DNA of 64,000 nt, from positions 128,001-192,000 of the forward strand of contig CAWDSQ010000030.1 of the NCBI GenBank assembly GCA_963804955.1, written 5' to 3'. This document shows positions 33,689-47,806 of this stretch, one piece after another. Each line of letters starts with the position of its first letter. Position 1 is the first letter of the stretch. A program made the translations under genes and the position numbers. This DNA is from an uncultured delta proteobacterium (GTDB lineage Bacteria; Desulfobacterota; WTBG01; CAIYCZ01; CAIRTM01). The notes below the pieces were generated by a model, which had not been told where the DNA came from, made no database searches, and worked only from the letters and a program-made list of their open reading frames with translations.

Positions 33689-35174
33689 ATGTGCATGTTC
33701 AGCAGGCAGTATGAAAAGGCGGTAGTGCTGACAGGGTTGCTTTGCTTTCTTTTTGCAGCCTTTGCCGGCGGCAGCTCCGCAGGGAGATGCTGATTCGGCA
33801 TGGAGTATGTGCGGCCGGGGCTCGCCACAACCCTTGCCGGTATCGGCGCGCCGGCGGTCGAGCGTTACCCCGGACGCCTACCGCTGGGGCACCATGCAGC
33901 GCTCGGCCCGTTCGCCGATTGATTTCAGCGTCACGGACCGCTATGTGCGCGAGTACCAGGCGGCAGGGGTTTACCGACCTTGTGTTTGCCCTTAAGTCGC
34001 ACAGCCCGTGGGCTTCAAAAAACGGCCTCGATAATCCGGGTCCGAAGCCTGAATATACGGATGCGTATGCCGCCTGGGTTGCCGCTGTGGTTGAGCGTTA
34101 TGACGGCGACGGCATTGATGATATGCCGGGGTTGCTGCTGCCGGTGCGCCACTACGCGATCGGCAGTGAGTTCTCCACCTATGAGCCCGAGCCGGTCGAT
34201 GACTATATCGCCATGCTCGAGACGGCCTACAGGGCCGCCCACGGTGCCTATGACGGGGTTATTGTCGCCCATGCGGCTTTTTTCGGCTGGCGCTATCTCA
34301 GCGGCGAGTTTGCGCGCGGCAATCCGCATCCCCTTGCCGATCATTATAAGATTCTTGACCGGCCCGATATTTTCGATGCCGTGAACTTTCACGCCCTCAT
34401 TGACCCCTACGAGATAGAAACCACGGTGGCATGGCTTGACAATGCCACGGCTGCCGGCGGGTACTCAAAGCCGATCTATCATTTCCGATACGCTGCCCAG
34501 TCCCATTATCGCCTGGGGCTGGGCCACGACCTGCACCGCGCCGCCGGACGCAGCGGGGGTGGTGCTTCCGCCGGCAGACGAGGCGGATCGGTGCCGTCTG
34601 GCGGCTTTAAGAAGCTGGTGGCGGGCGACAAGCACGGTGCGCTGGACGCAGGGCTTTGCGGCGCACGACATGGTGCAGCGCGTGGTGATAGCGGCCGACC
34701 AGGGCGTGTCGCTCATCGATACGGCCTTCGCCGAGGATCTTCCCCGGGTCTTTAAGGCGCGGTGGTTCAGGGCTGTCGCCGGCATAACGGCCTGGTCGGG
34801 CATGCTGAGAAAGGGGCTGTTCGGCCGCTTCGAGCGGCGGCCGAATTTTTATGCGCAGAAACAGCTTGTGGGGCATCTGAAGGGCTACGATGCCATAACG
34901 CGGGTTGCCTTTGCCGACGACCGGGTGCGGGTCTACATCATTGAAAAGGCCGCGGGCCGCACGTGGGTCTGCTGGCTTGATCCGCAGAAGCTTATCCTGC
35001 CGGGCGATACGGTGCCGCAGGCCGAGATTGCCGTAAAAACCGGAACGGTATCGGCGGCAATCGAGTCCGTCTATAGTCGGCTTCGGCCATACAGCGCCCG
35101 ACATCACCGCCGCGCAGACCGACAACGGTACCGCTGCGCTGACAGTTACTCCCTCGCCGGTCTATGTTTACTGA
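33689..35174 (+). CDS. Hypothetical exported protein, glycoside-hydrolase-like (frameshifted)
   Basis: Signal peptide; AVVERYDGDGIDDMPGL, FDAVNFH; C-terminal LTVTPSPVYV. Confidence 0.5.
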
Positions 35175-35223
35175 CCCCGATGACGAGGAAGGCGGGGCTG
35201 GGCCACTGCGTCATAAACTGCGC

Positions 35224-35661
35224 TTAATCCTCTACCGGCTCAACAAACTCAAGCAGCACGCCGCCGGTGTCCTGCGGGTTGAAATAGGCGACGCGGCTTC
35301 GCTTCATGTCCAGTATGCCGTCTTTGGTGACATGCCCCAGGCGCACGCCTTTTTGGGCCATCAGCTCAACGGCTTTATTAAGGTCGGTGACGATGAAGGC
35401 TATATGGTTGATGCCGGCGGGCGGGTTGCCGATGAAGGTTTTGAAATTGTCCGATATGGGCTGAATGAGCTCGAACTCCATGCCGCCGACCGGCACGAAG
35501 GTAAAGCGGGTTTCGGCATCCGCCACATCCCAGGGCGGCACGACCCGCACGTCCTGTTCATCGATGTCATACAGCTTCTGGTACAGCTCGGTTGCAGCTT
35601 TCACATCATCAACAATGACGCCAACGTGGCGAACCTTTACGATCAGATCAGATATTTTCAT
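35224..35661 (-). CDS. VOC family protein (methylmalonyl-CoA epimerase-like)
   Basis: HVGVIV, ELIQP, GINHIAF, P..TGGVLLEFVE. Confidence 0.85.
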   Translation of the reverse strand: MKISDLIVKVRHVGVIVDDVKAATELYQKLYDIDEQDVRVVPPWDVADAETRFTFVPVGGMEFELIQPISDNFKTFIGNPPAGINHIAFIVTDLNKAVELMAQKGVRLGHVTKDGILDMKRSRVAYFNPQDTGGVLLEFVEPVED

Positions 35662-35786
35662 GCCGGCCCTTTCAATAAAATTATTTTGATACTATATAAT
35701 GCATAAGCTACCATATGCACAATGGTTGCGCAACCGGGGCCGGCAGCATCGCAGGCATATAATCAGCGTTGTGACGGGGGAGAAGT

Positions 35787-37162
35787 ATGAAACAGCTTTT
35801 GTTTTTTGCGATGGTTTTTTTTGCAGCAGCGGCCTCTGCTGCTGGTGCAGGGCAGGTGCCGGATACCGGCCAGACGAAGTGCTACGGCATGACGGGTGAG
35901 ATTGCCTGCCCGGAGCCGGGCGAGCCGTTTTACGGGCAGGATGCCCAGCACCACACCGCGCAGCGCTCCTTTACCAGGCTTGACAGCCAGGGCGCTGAGC
36001 TGCCTGACACTGCTTCATCCTGGAGCATGGTGCGCGACACGGTAACCGGTCTTGTCTGGGAGCTCAAGGACAGCAAAAACGGCACAGCCGACTATGACAA
36101 CCCCCATGATGCCGATAACCGGTATACCTGGTATGACGACAATGCTTCGCGCAATGGCGGTGATGCAGGCATGCCGGGCGACGCAACGGACACGGGCGAT
36201 TTTATTGAGGCTTTGAACAGCCGGTCTTTCGGCGGCTATACCGACTGGCGGCTGCCCACGGCCAAAGAACTTGTCTGGCTGCTGACCGGGGGGCCGGCGG
36301 CCCGCCCTATATCAGTTCGCTGTATTTTCCGGCCGCAGCGGAAGAATACTGGACCGCCACGACCGACCCGAGCGGCAGCAGCCGCTGCGCCACCGTGACG
36401 CTCAAAATCGGGATGATGAATTATCCGGAAAAGGCGGGCTCCTATGCAGCCATGGCCGTGCGCGGATCGTCCGCCGCAGCAGTTCCGTGATAACGGCGAC
36501 GGCACGGTGAGCGATCTCACAACCGGGCTCATGTGGCAGCAGGACAGCGTGCAGGGCATATCCTGGAAAGACGGTCTTGCCTACTGCAGTGATCTGCAAT
36601 TGGGCGGCTACAGCGACTGGCGCCTGCCGGATGTCAACGAGCTCATTTCTCTTGTCGATTATTCGCAATCATCGCCGTCCATCGACGAGAGCTACTTTAC
36701 CAATACCTCTACGCATTACTGGTCTTCAACCACCTATCCTTCAGATCCGCGCAAAGCATATCATGTGTGCTTTCTGCGGGGCCGGGCTGAGGTGTATGGC
36801 AAGTCTGATCAGGGTGCAGCCAGCCATCTGCGGGCTGTGCGCGGTATTGTTTCCGACAACAGTTCAACCACAACAACTGTTCCCGGCGCCGCTGCCCTGT
36901 TGAGCAACTCTATGGTGAGCATGCCCCTCAAACCCGGCTGCTGCGCAGGTTCCGCGATGAGGTGCTGGCTTCATCAGAGGCAGGCAGGATGCTCATAGAT
37001 TTCTATTACCGCATGAGTCCACTGCTGAACCGGTATATTTCCAGTCAATCCTGTAAAACGGCTGTGCGGGCTGCCTGCGACTCCATAATTGCGGTGCTGG
37101 CAAAACCCGTTTTCTGCTTTGAGAAACCAGCTCAGCTCAGCAATAAAAACCTGAACAGATAA
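35787..37162 (+). CDS. DUF1566 (Lcl-type) domain protein with CFI-box-CTERM-like tail, frameshifted
   Basis: PDTGQTKCY, YGQDAQ, D.VTGLVWE, GGYTDWRLPT..EL (two copies); tail CPVEQLYGE...LLRRFRDEVL....GRMLIDFYYRMSP. Confidence 0.85.
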
Positions 37163-37685
37163 CCTGCTGCGCAGATGGGATGAAACAGCATTGTCTGAGA
37201 TAGTATCGATGCTTTCAGGTGTACCTGTTGAAAAAAACTTGCATTTTTGTATGAAGGTACATGTGCGTGAATATTTTTTTGTCAAAATCTGTAATTATTT
37301 GAAAAAGCTTTATTTTTTTAATGCTCACAATTTGAGCAAAGAGAACAAACCCTCTGTTTTTAAGCCATCCCTGTAATGTTCCAGCTTGTTTTCAACAGGT
37401 TTTATACATTATTTGTGGATTGCAGCACAGAGAGCATATATAGTGATGCTGCGCGGGGAATGTCCATTATATTGTATCGCATGGTATTTTTTTTAGAAAA
37501 ATTATCATCTCTGGCCGTGCTTCCCCGAAGAAGGCACCGGCAGAACTTCGTGTTTTTTGATGAGGCCTTTTCAGGGCGCAAGCAAGCCACCCGCTCTGCG
37601 GCTGATTGTTGACCGGAATTCTGTTGTGAAAGCCCTGCCTGGCAGGTGGGGTGTGCTGCTATAAAAAAACAATGAATAAAAATTC

Positions 37686-37733
37686 TTGACTGTCAGAGCA
37701 TATTAATCTATAACAACTATAGATTTGTAGATT
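37686..37733 (+). promoter_or_regulatory. Sigma70 promoter overlapped by a palindromic operator
   Basis: TTGACT (37686)-17 nt-TATAAC (37709); AATCTATA-N5-TATAGATT at 37705-37725. Confidence 0.7.
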
Positions 37734-37757
37734 AAACTTGTAAGCGCAGGCTGAAAT

Positions 37758-38670
37758 ATGAAGATTGCCGATTCTCTGACCGATCTTGTGGGCCGCACGC
37801 CTCTTGTATGGCTGCGGCGATTGTCAGATGCACGGCTTGCGGCAAAACTTGAGGCTTGCAATCCGGGCGGCAGCGTTAAAGACCGCATAGGCCTTGCCAT
37901 GATAGAGGCTGCCGAGGCAAGCGGTGAGCTTAAGCCCGGCATGACCATTATCGAGCCAACCAGCGGCAATACGGGCATTGCCCTTGCCTGGGTGGCGGCC
38001 ATTAAGGGCTACCGGCTCATACTGACCATGCCCGAGGAGATGACGAGCGAGCGCCGCATGCTGCTGCAGGCTCTGGGAGCGCATGTTATATTAACCGATG
38101 CCGAAGCCGGCATGAAAGGATCAATTGTAAAGGCGCGCGAGCTTGCCGGAAAAATAGGCACTGCTTTTATCCCGATGCAGTTTGAAAACAGCGCGAATCC
38201 TGAAGCGCATCGCCTGACAGCCCGGGAAATATGGGATGATACTGACGGGCAGGTCGATATTGTGGTGGCGGGAGTGGGTACGGGCGGAACGATTACCGGC
38301 ATCGGCCGGGAGCTGAAACAGCGCAAGCCGTCGGTGCGTATCGTGGCCGTAGAGCCTGCCGGTTCAGCCGTGCTTTCCGGCTGCCCCGCCGGCAAGCACC
38401 TGATACAGGGCATTGGGGCCGGGTTTCTGCCGCCGGTACTTGATCACGTCGGTTATCGATGAAATTGTGCAGATTGCCGATGCCGGCGCTTTTGCCATGA
38501 CCAAGAGGCTGCTGCGCAGCGAAGGCATTATCTGCGGCATATCATCGGGTGCGGCAGTTCTTGCGGCGATTCAGGTCGCAGCGCGCGATGAAAACAGGGA
38601 GAAGCTTATCGTGGTGATTCTCCCGGATACCGGCGAGCGATATTTAAGCACGGTCATGTTTGATACGTAA
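37758..38670 (+). CDS. cysK: Cysteine synthase A (frameshifted)
   Basis: [57 protein letters not shown]. Confidence 0.95.
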
Positions 38671-38684
38671 GCAACGGATAGACT

Positions 38685-40348
38685 ATGGCTTTTGAAACAA
38701 CCCGGACAATCAAGACGGATCTGCTCATTATCGGCGGCGGCACGGCAGGCTGTATGGCCGCCATCATGGCCAAACGCCGCGAGCCGAAGCTGTCGGTGAC
38801 CATACTGGAAAAGGCGCATATCAGCCGCTCCGGCTGCCTTGCCATGGGGCTCAATGCGGTCAATGCCCATCTGACGGAAGGCACGCCGCATGATTATCTG
38901 GAGTATGTGCGCCGCGACAATTACGGCATTGTGCGGGATGATCTCGTTCTGTCCATCGGCGAGCGGCTGAACCGCATGACCGGGCTTCTGGAAGAGATCG
39001 GCGTTCCGCTGCCGCGCGATGCTGCGGGCAACTATATCGCCCGGTCCAGGCGCTCTATCGTCATGCTGGGCGAGCATCTCAAACCGCTGCTTGCCCGCGC
39101 CGTGCTCAAGCATGGCGTGCAGGTTGAAAACCGCACGCCGGTGTACCGGCTGCTGCAAACAGGTGACGGCCGCGTATGCGGGGCGGCAGGATTCAATCTG
39201 CGCACCGGAGAAATGGTTGCGGCCCATGCCCGGGCCGTGCTCATCGCAACCGGTGGCGCAAGCGGCATTTACCGGCCCTCCAATCCGGGCCTTGCCCGCA
39301 CCAAAACCTGGTACTGCCCCTACAATGCAGGATCGGGCCTTGCCATGGGCCTGCGCGCAGGGGCTGAGATGACATCGTTTGAAATGCGCTTTGTGGCCCT
39401 GCGGACCAAAGACGTTATTGCGCCAACGGGTACGCTGGTGCTGGGGGCGCGCATGCCGCAGTGCAATGCCCGCGGCGAGCCCTATATCCGGCAGAAGGAG
39501 CAGATGCTGGGCCGCAGCCTCACAACCTGCGAGCGGTTGCAGTTCACCATCGACGAGCACCGCAAGGGCACGGGGCCCTGCTATGTGGATGTGAGCAGCC
39601 TGTCTGCCGATGAATACCGGGACCTTGTGGAAAGCTATCTCAATATGTCGCCATCGATTGCCCTTGATCTGCTGCAGGACACGGGCCGTCCAAAGACCCG
39701 TATTGAAATATGCGGCTCCGAGCCCTATGTGAACGGCGGTCATGGCATGGCAGGGTTCTGGATAGATGCCGACCGCAGGACAACACTGCCGGGACTGTAT
39801 GCCGCAGGTGATGCCGCGGGCGGCGCTCCGAAGAAATATATAACCGGCTGCTTTGCCGAGGCGGAGATGGCGGTCGAGCATATCATCGGCTCGCTTACAT
39901 GGCGAAGCTGCCTGCGCGGCCGCTGCCGCTGAACAGGCGGTGTGCGAGATACGGTCCTTCTTTGCTGCGCGAAAACAGGCTGACCTTTGACGAGGTTGAG
40001 GCGCGGCTGCAGAAAATCATGGAGGAGTATGCCGGCGGGAGCACGGAAAATTATGAAACCAGCCGGAGCAAACTGCTGCTGGCGCGGCAGTATCTCGGCG
40101 TGCTCGCGGGCCATGCTGCCGAGGCGACTGCCGCTGACGGCCACGGGCTGATGCGCGTGCATGACACGCTGGACCGCATACTGCTTGCCCGCGTGCTCGT
40201 TGAGCATCTGCTGGCGCGGCGCGAAACGCGCTGGCCCTGCTACCAGACGCGCCTGGATTTTCCCCTGCGCAATGATTTTGAATACGGCCTGTTCGTGAAT
40301 TCAACATGGAAGGACGGCGCTGATCAGGGTTTTTGGCAGGAGCCTTGA
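38685..40348 (+). CDS. aprA: Adenylylsulfate reductase alpha-like flavoprotein (frameshift near 39920)
   Basis: IIGGGTAG, EKAHISRSGCLAMGLNAVN, TWYCPYNAGSG, EMTSFEMRF, GSEPY..GGH..AG.W, RRETRWP.YQ.R.DFP. Confidence 0.85.
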
Positions 40349-40384
40349 TCCTCCGCATGAACCTGTGGCTTGTGAGGAGACGCT

Positions 40385-40747
40385 ATGACGGTGCTGATCG
40401 ACAGGAAGCTGTGCAACGGCTGCCCGGGCAGGCTGGAAGGCTGCTGCGAGGAAGTGTGCCCGGGCGATCTGTTCTACCGCGACGCCGGCCAGGCCTGCCT
40501 GCGGGAAGCCGGTGACTGCTGGGACTGTTGTTCCTGCGTCAAGGCCTGTCCGCGGGAGGCTCTTTCCGTTGAGCTGCCGTTTCAGATATCCGAGGCGCGC
40601 CTGCGGCTGAGCGCCCGGCAGCGGGGCGGTCATATTCAATGGAAAATGCACAACCATGAGGGCGAGACTGTTGCCGAGTTTGAAATACAGAATCGCCGGG
40701 TAGTCTTGCCCGGGCAGGAGACCGTTGTAGACAATGGCCATGATTAA
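40385..40747 (+). CDS. aprB: AprB-like 2[4Fe-4S] ferredoxin subunit
   Basis: CNGC...CEEVCPGDL and DCWDCCSCVKACP. Confidence 0.8.
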   Translation: MTVLIDRKLCNGCPGRLEGCCEEVCPGDLFYRDAGQACLREAGDCWDCCSCVKACPREALSVELPFQISEARLRLSARQRGGHIQWKMHNHEGETVAEFEIQNRRVVLPGQETVVDNGHD

Positions 40748-40783
40748 ATAGCCTGCCGGACGGTTTTTTGGCCCTCCGGACTG

Positions 40784-42185
40784 ATGAAAGGAACTCTGCA
40801 TATGCACATACAGCCGGTTTTTCCGTGCACAGCGCTGCCCGGCAACCCTGCCGAAGCGCGGCTTCTCGGCCTGTACCCGCAGCGCCAGGAGGGTCTGTGG
40901 CTGCAGCGGGTAAAGGTGCCGGGAGGCGCCCTTGAGCCAAAGCAGTGGCTTGCCCTTGCCGGCTGCTGCGACCGCTATACTCCCGGTACGCCGCTGCTGC
41001 TCACCACCCGGCAGGACATAGAATTTCACAATGTGCTGCCCGCTGGCGTGCCGCAGCTGCAGCAGGCTTTGAGCGAGGCCGGCTTTACCGGCCTTGGCGC
41101 CTGCGGCGATACGCTGCGCAATATCACCCTCTGCCCCGGCAATGGCCTGAGCAATGAGTCTGTGGGCTTGAGCGCTGTGGCAGAGGCCGTGCGTCAGGCT
41201 CTTATGGATTTTTCAGCCATATTCAGCCTGCCCAGGAAATTCAAAATAAGCTTTTCAGCCTGCCCCAAAGCCTGCGGCCAGCCCTTTATCAATGATCTTG
41301 CTTTTGTGGTGCAGCGCAGAAACGGGCGTGTATGCTTTCAGGTTATCGGCGCAGGGTCGCTTGGCCCAAGGCCTGCCGCAGGCATCGTGCTGCAGGAGGA
41401 GCTGGCCCTTGAGGATGCTCCTGCCTTTGCCCGTGCAGCACTTGCCCTTTTCAATGAGTACGGCGACCGCGAGCACCGGGGCAAGGCCAGGCTGCGGCAT
41501 GTGCGGCAGCGTCTTGGCGACGAGCGCGTTTCTGGAATTGCTCCGGCATTTTTTTCTCCAGCTGCGCGGAGGAGAGGCTGCGGGGCCTGCCACGGCTCCG
41601 CCGGCATTAGGCCTGCGTCGCGGCGCGCTGCTGGCATTCCCCTGCGGCCTTGTGACTGCGGCCCAGGCGCGAGCCATCGCCGAAAGCGGTTTTACTTCGC
41701 GGATACAGAATCACCACCGCGTGGCCCTCTATGCCCGTGACCCGGATGATGTGCGACGGGCTCTGGAGGCTGACCCCGTGCTGGGCACTCTTGCCGGAGG
41801 CCATAACATAGCTTCATGCCCGGGCACGACCTGGTGCAAGCATGCTCTTATCAATACCCATGCTGTCGAGCGGCTGCTGCGGGAAAGGCTGCCGGAGGAT
41901 TTCGACAGTGCCATACGCATTTCGGGCTGCTCCCAACGGCTGCGCCCATTCGGGGGTCGCTGAGATCGGTCTTATAGGACGTGTTCGCAAAGATGCCGGC
42001 GGCAACCGCATCGAGGGCGTGCAGGTGCTTGCCGGCGGCGGCATGGGCCGGACGCCGGAGCTTGCCCATGAGCTGGAGCCTTTTGTTCCGACCGGCGAGG
42101 TCCGGGACAGGTTCTGAAAATTATCAATGCCCGGCAGCAGCACAACCAATCGGCATGGAGCACCGGTAGCACGCCATGAGCGTAA
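40784..42185 (+). CDS. Nitrite/sulfite reductase (siroheme, ferredoxin-type), frameshifted; end approximate
   Basis: GLYPQRQEG...RVKVPGG, TTRQDI, LPRKFKISFS.C, R.KARL, SCPGTTWC and GC.NGC siroheme/[4Fe-4S] motifs. Confidence 0.85.
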
Positions 42186-42197
42186 CAAGGAGCAGGC

Positions 42198-43081
42198 ATG
42201 AATCATCTTGATCAACTGGAGAGTTTGAGCGTTCACATACTGCGGGAGGCCTACGCGAGCTTCAAGAATCTGGGGATGCTGTGGTCGATCGGCAAGGACA
42301 GCACGGTGCTTCTGTGGCTGGCGCGCAAGGCTTTTACGGTCATGTGCCGTTTCCGCTGGTGCATATCGATACGCATTTCAAGATACCCGAAATGATCGAG
42401 TACCGGGACCGGCTGGCCATGGAGTGGGGCCTTGAAATGGTGTACGGCATGAACGAAGAGGCCCTGAGGGACAAGCAGACCTTCCCGGACGGCACGGTTG
42501 ACCGGATCGCCTGCTGTCAGGAACTTAAAGACCATAGCGCTGACGAATACGCTGAGCGGGAAATGGCCGCGGTATGTGTTAAACCATAAGACCGGCGCCT
42601 ACGAAGTGTATAAAAACACGGAGCCGTATACAGGGCGTGATTGTCGGCGTGCGGGCCGATGAAGAGGGCTCTCGGTCCAAGGAGCGGTATTTCTCGCCCC
42701 GGGATCAGGGAAAATCTCTGGGATCTGGGGGATCAGCCGCCGGAGTTCTGGAACCAGTTCAAGACGGATTTTCCGCCGGGCACGCATTTGCGGATACATC
42801 CGCTGCTGGACTGGACAGAGCTGAACATCTGGGAATATATTGAGCGGGAAAATATCCCGACGGTGTCGCTGTACTACAATCAGGGCGACGGGAAGCGGTA
42901 CCGCTCGCTGGGGTGCTATCCGTGCACGACGCCCATAGAGTCGCAATCGCGCACGGTGCAGGAGATCATTGAGGAGCTGAAAAGCGGGGGTCTGAAGAAC
43001 ATAGCCGAGCGGTCCGGCAGGGCGCAGGACAAGGATGACGGCGGTGGGCTGGAGACGCTGCGGCGCGACGGGTATATGTAA
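42198..43081 (+). CDS. cysD: Sulfate adenylyltransferase subunit 2 (frameshifted)
   Basis: [56 protein letters not shown]. Confidence 0.93.
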
Positions 43082-43083
43082 AA

Positions 43084-43250
43084 GATTCTAAGATTCAAGA
43101 TTCAAGATTCAAGATTTAAAGTTCAAGGTTGAAGGGCGAGATTTAAACCGTAGGGGCGCAGAGGTTAGGAGTCAGGGGTTCAGAGTTAGGAGTAAAAAAA
43201 TTCAAGATTCAAGATTCAAAACTTAAAACTTAAAACTTAAATCTTAAAAC
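43084..43250. repeat. Heptamer tandem repeats (aagattc)n and (aaaactt)n
   Basis: Directly visible between cysD and cysN. Confidence 0.85.
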
Positions 43251-43292
43251 CAACATTCAGGATTTAATGACCTTGCTGGAAGAGGATACGAT

Positions 43293-43673
43293 ATGACAGA
43301 GCAGCTTGAAAAGCAGAAAATGAATATTGTGATAGCCGGTCATGTGGATCATGGCAAGAGCACGGTGATCGGGCGGCTTTTGGCGGATACGGGCTCTCTG
43401 CCGGAGGGCAAGCTTGCGCAGGTGCAGGAGAACTGCCGGCGCAATTCAAAGCCCTTCGAGTATGCCTTTCTGATAGATGCTTTGAAGGACGAGCAGTCCC
43501 AGGGCATCACGATTGATACGGCCCGGGTGTTTTTCAAAACAGGGAAGCGCAATTACATTATTCTTGATGCTCCGGGGCATATAGAGTTTTTGAAGAACAT
43601 GGTTACGGGCGCATCGCGGGCAGAGGCGGCGCTGCTGGTGATCGATGCGGAGGAAGGCGTGCGGGAACTATAA
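43293..43673 (+). pseudogene. cysN: Sulfate adenylyltransferase subunit 1, truncated after 126 aa
   Basis: [23 protein letters not shown] present; the sequence then switches abruptly to an AT-rich promoter region with no continuation seen. Confidence 0.85.
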
Positions 43674-43717
43674 TATCTATTAAATCGCTAGAGCAACTAG
43701 ATTAAAGGTAATCAAAA

Positions 43718-45180
<1,463 letters not shown>

Positions 45181-45281
45181 AGAAACTCCCTGCTCTCCGA
45201 TAGCGGAGGACAGGTTTGAAACCTGTGACTGCGATAGCAGCAAAGCAAAGCAGAAAGAAGCATTGCAGGCACAGCAAGAGC

Positions 45282-46416
45282 GTGGAAAAGAAATCGGGAT
45301 TGTACAGACACAGTTTGCCACTGTTGCCGATGAGCTTGTGCTTGAAAGCGGCGAGAGGCTCGGGCCGGTGACGCTTGCCTATGAAACCTATGGCGAGCTG
45401 AATGCCGAGCAGGTCAAATGCCGTGCTCATCTGTCATGCGCTGTCAGGGGATGCCCATGTTGCAGGCTATCACAAGGGTGAGAAAAAACCCGGGTGGTGG
45501 GATGACATGGTCGGGCCGGGCAGGGCATTTGATACGGACAAGTATTATGTCATCTGCTCAAATGTTCTGGGCGGCTGCAAGGGCTCGACCGGGCCGGGCT
45601 TCGTGAATCCGAAGACCGGACAGCCCTATGGTCTAACATTCCCCCTGATCACCATCGGCGATATGGTGAAAGCCCAGCAGCTGCTCATACAGCAGCTGGG
45701 CATAGATAAGCTGTGCTCGGTTGCCGGCGGGTCCATGGGCGGGATGCAGGCCCTTGAATGGCTCAGAAGCGCGCCCGGCAAACTGGAGAGCGCAATTCTT
45801 GTGGCAACGGCTGCCATGCATTCGCCGCAGCAGATTGCTTTCAACGAGGTGGGCAGGCAGGCTATTATGGCTGACTCTCACTGGCAGGACGGCAACTATT
45901 ACGGCAGGGACGCGCGCCCTCGAAAGGTCTGGCTGTGGCGCGATGGTAGGCCATATCACCTATATGAGCGAAGCATCGATGCTTGATAAGTTCGGCAGGC
46001 AGCAGAAGAATGAAAAGCAGCCCTTTAAGTTTACCGCCGACTTTGAAGTCGAGGGCTATCTGCAAAATAAGGGCGACAGCTTTGTGAAGCGCTTTGATGC
46101 AAACTCCTATCTGTATATTACCAAGGCCATGGATTTTTTTGACCTGACCGAAGAGAAGCCCCTGCATGAAGTGTTTACGGGGCTTGACGCCAAGCTGCTG
46201 GTCATAGCCTTCAGATCGGACTGGCTGTACCCGGTCTGGCAGTCGCAGGAGATTGTAAAAGCGTGCAAAATCGCCGGTGTGAATGCAACGTACTGCGAAA
46301 TAGATTCAACCTACGGCCATGATGCTTTTCTGCTTGAGACCCGAGCAGGAGGCGCATCTTGTCTCGCATTTTTTAAAAAGGGTTTCAAACGGATACGATG
46401 TGACGGATGCCTATGA
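45282..46416 (+). CDS. metX: Homoserine O-acetyltransferase (frameshifted; start approximate)
   Basis: [56 protein letters not shown]. Confidence 0.93.
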
Positions 46417-47022
46417 AATATGATTCAGTGCCGCTTGATCATAGAATAATTCTTAGGCCTGGTGCAGCAGGGGGCATCCGTGCTCGATCTCGGGTGCGGC
46501 ACGGGTGAGCTTCTGTATCTGCTTGCCAGAGAAAAAAAGGCGCGGTGCCAGGGCATTGAAATAGACGATCAGGCGATTTATGACTGCGTTGCCCGGGGCC
46601 TGTGCGTTTTCCATGGCGATATTGACACCGGCCTTGCCGACTATGGCGACAAATCATTTGATTATGTCATTTTGAATCAGAGCCTGCAGCAGGTTCGAAA
46701 GATTGAAGCGGTTCTCAAAGACTCGCTGCGCGTCGGGAAAAAAGTCATTATCGGTTTTCCGAATTTCGCCTGCTACAAATCCCGGGCGCAGATATTTTTT
46801 CAGGGCAGAACGCCGGTGACGCCGTCGCTGCCCTATGAATGGTATGACACGCCGAATCTGCATTTTTTGAGCATGTATGATTTTATCGGCTACTGCGGCA
46901 GGAAGGGCATAATAATCGAAGAGGAATTCTTTTTAACTAATAAAATAACATTAAAGTTTCTGCCGAATCTGTTTGCGCAGATCGGCCTTTTTTTGATTTC
47001 AAAAAACGGGCTTTGTGATTAA
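46413..47022 (+). CDS. metW: Methionine biosynthesis protein MetW
   Basis: VLDLGCGTG, FDYVIL.Q.LQ, FPNFA, LPYEWYDTPNLH; ATGA overlap with metX. Confidence 0.92.
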
Positions 47023-47080
47023 TGCCGGTAAAGGCTTTTTGGTAGAGCCGGCCTGAAAAAAAATGACACGGGTAAATGTA

Positions 47081-47128
47081 TTGACAATTAGATCAATTAA
47101 CCCTACATTATCTATAGATTACTAGATT
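47081..47128 (+). promoter_or_regulatory. Sigma70 promoter with operator-like motif before the Rrf2 gene
   Basis: TTGACA (47081)-17 nt-TACATT (47104); ctatagatt-NN-tagatt as in the cysK promoter. Confidence 0.65.
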
Positions 47129-47141
47129 GAAGGGTTTTCCT

Positions 47142-47584
47142 ATGAAACTTGTCAACAAAAGGTCGTTATGGTACGCGTGCAATGTTAGACATTGCTTTGA
47201 ACAAAGAAAAGGGTCCGTGCGTGATGAAGGATATATCGGCGCGGCAGGATATATCGCCGAAATATCTCGACCATATCCTGTCTGCTCTGCGCAGAGCCGG
47301 ACTTATTAAAAATATTCGCGGTAAGGGAGGCGGCTATATTCTTGCCCGGCCTGCCTCGGCAATTACACTCAAGGATATTATTGAAGCGGTGGAAGGCTCT
47401 CTTAGCTCCGGTTGAATGCGTTGACAATCCTGCTCTGTGCGACCGCAGCGCATCTTGTCCTACCATCGAGGTGTGGCGCAATGTGCGCGATGCCGTGGAG
47501 GGCGTGCTTGCCGCCACAACGCTTGAAAGCCTCGTGGAGCTGCAGAAGAAAAAAGAGCCATCGGCGCTGCAGTATGTAATTTAG
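47142..47584 (+). CDS. Rrf2-family regulator (CymR/IscR-like, three Cys), frameshifted
   Basis: STKGRYG.RAM, IS.RQ.IS.KYL, RG.GGGY.LA, IIEAVEG, PVECV....CDR...C. Confidence 0.92.
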
Positions 47585-47806
47585 AAGAGGTGGAAGTCAG
47601 AAGCCAGAAGGTCAGAAGAGACATATAGGATTCGAGAACTTTATTTGTTTTTTTAGACAATCAGATATGAAATGGTTTAGTTGTTTTTTTGCTTCTGAAT
47701 TCTGACTACTGAATTCTGGATTCTATTTTAACAGTACCCACATAACCATGTTCGCGGTTAAAGCCGCGCCTGAAGCAACTTTTACGCAACTGGGAGGATG
47801 GAAAGT

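Noticed and set aside
37160..37700. Replication origin
   Set aside because: AT-rich, but only degenerate DnaA-box-like 9-mers and no dnaA/dnaN/gidA context.
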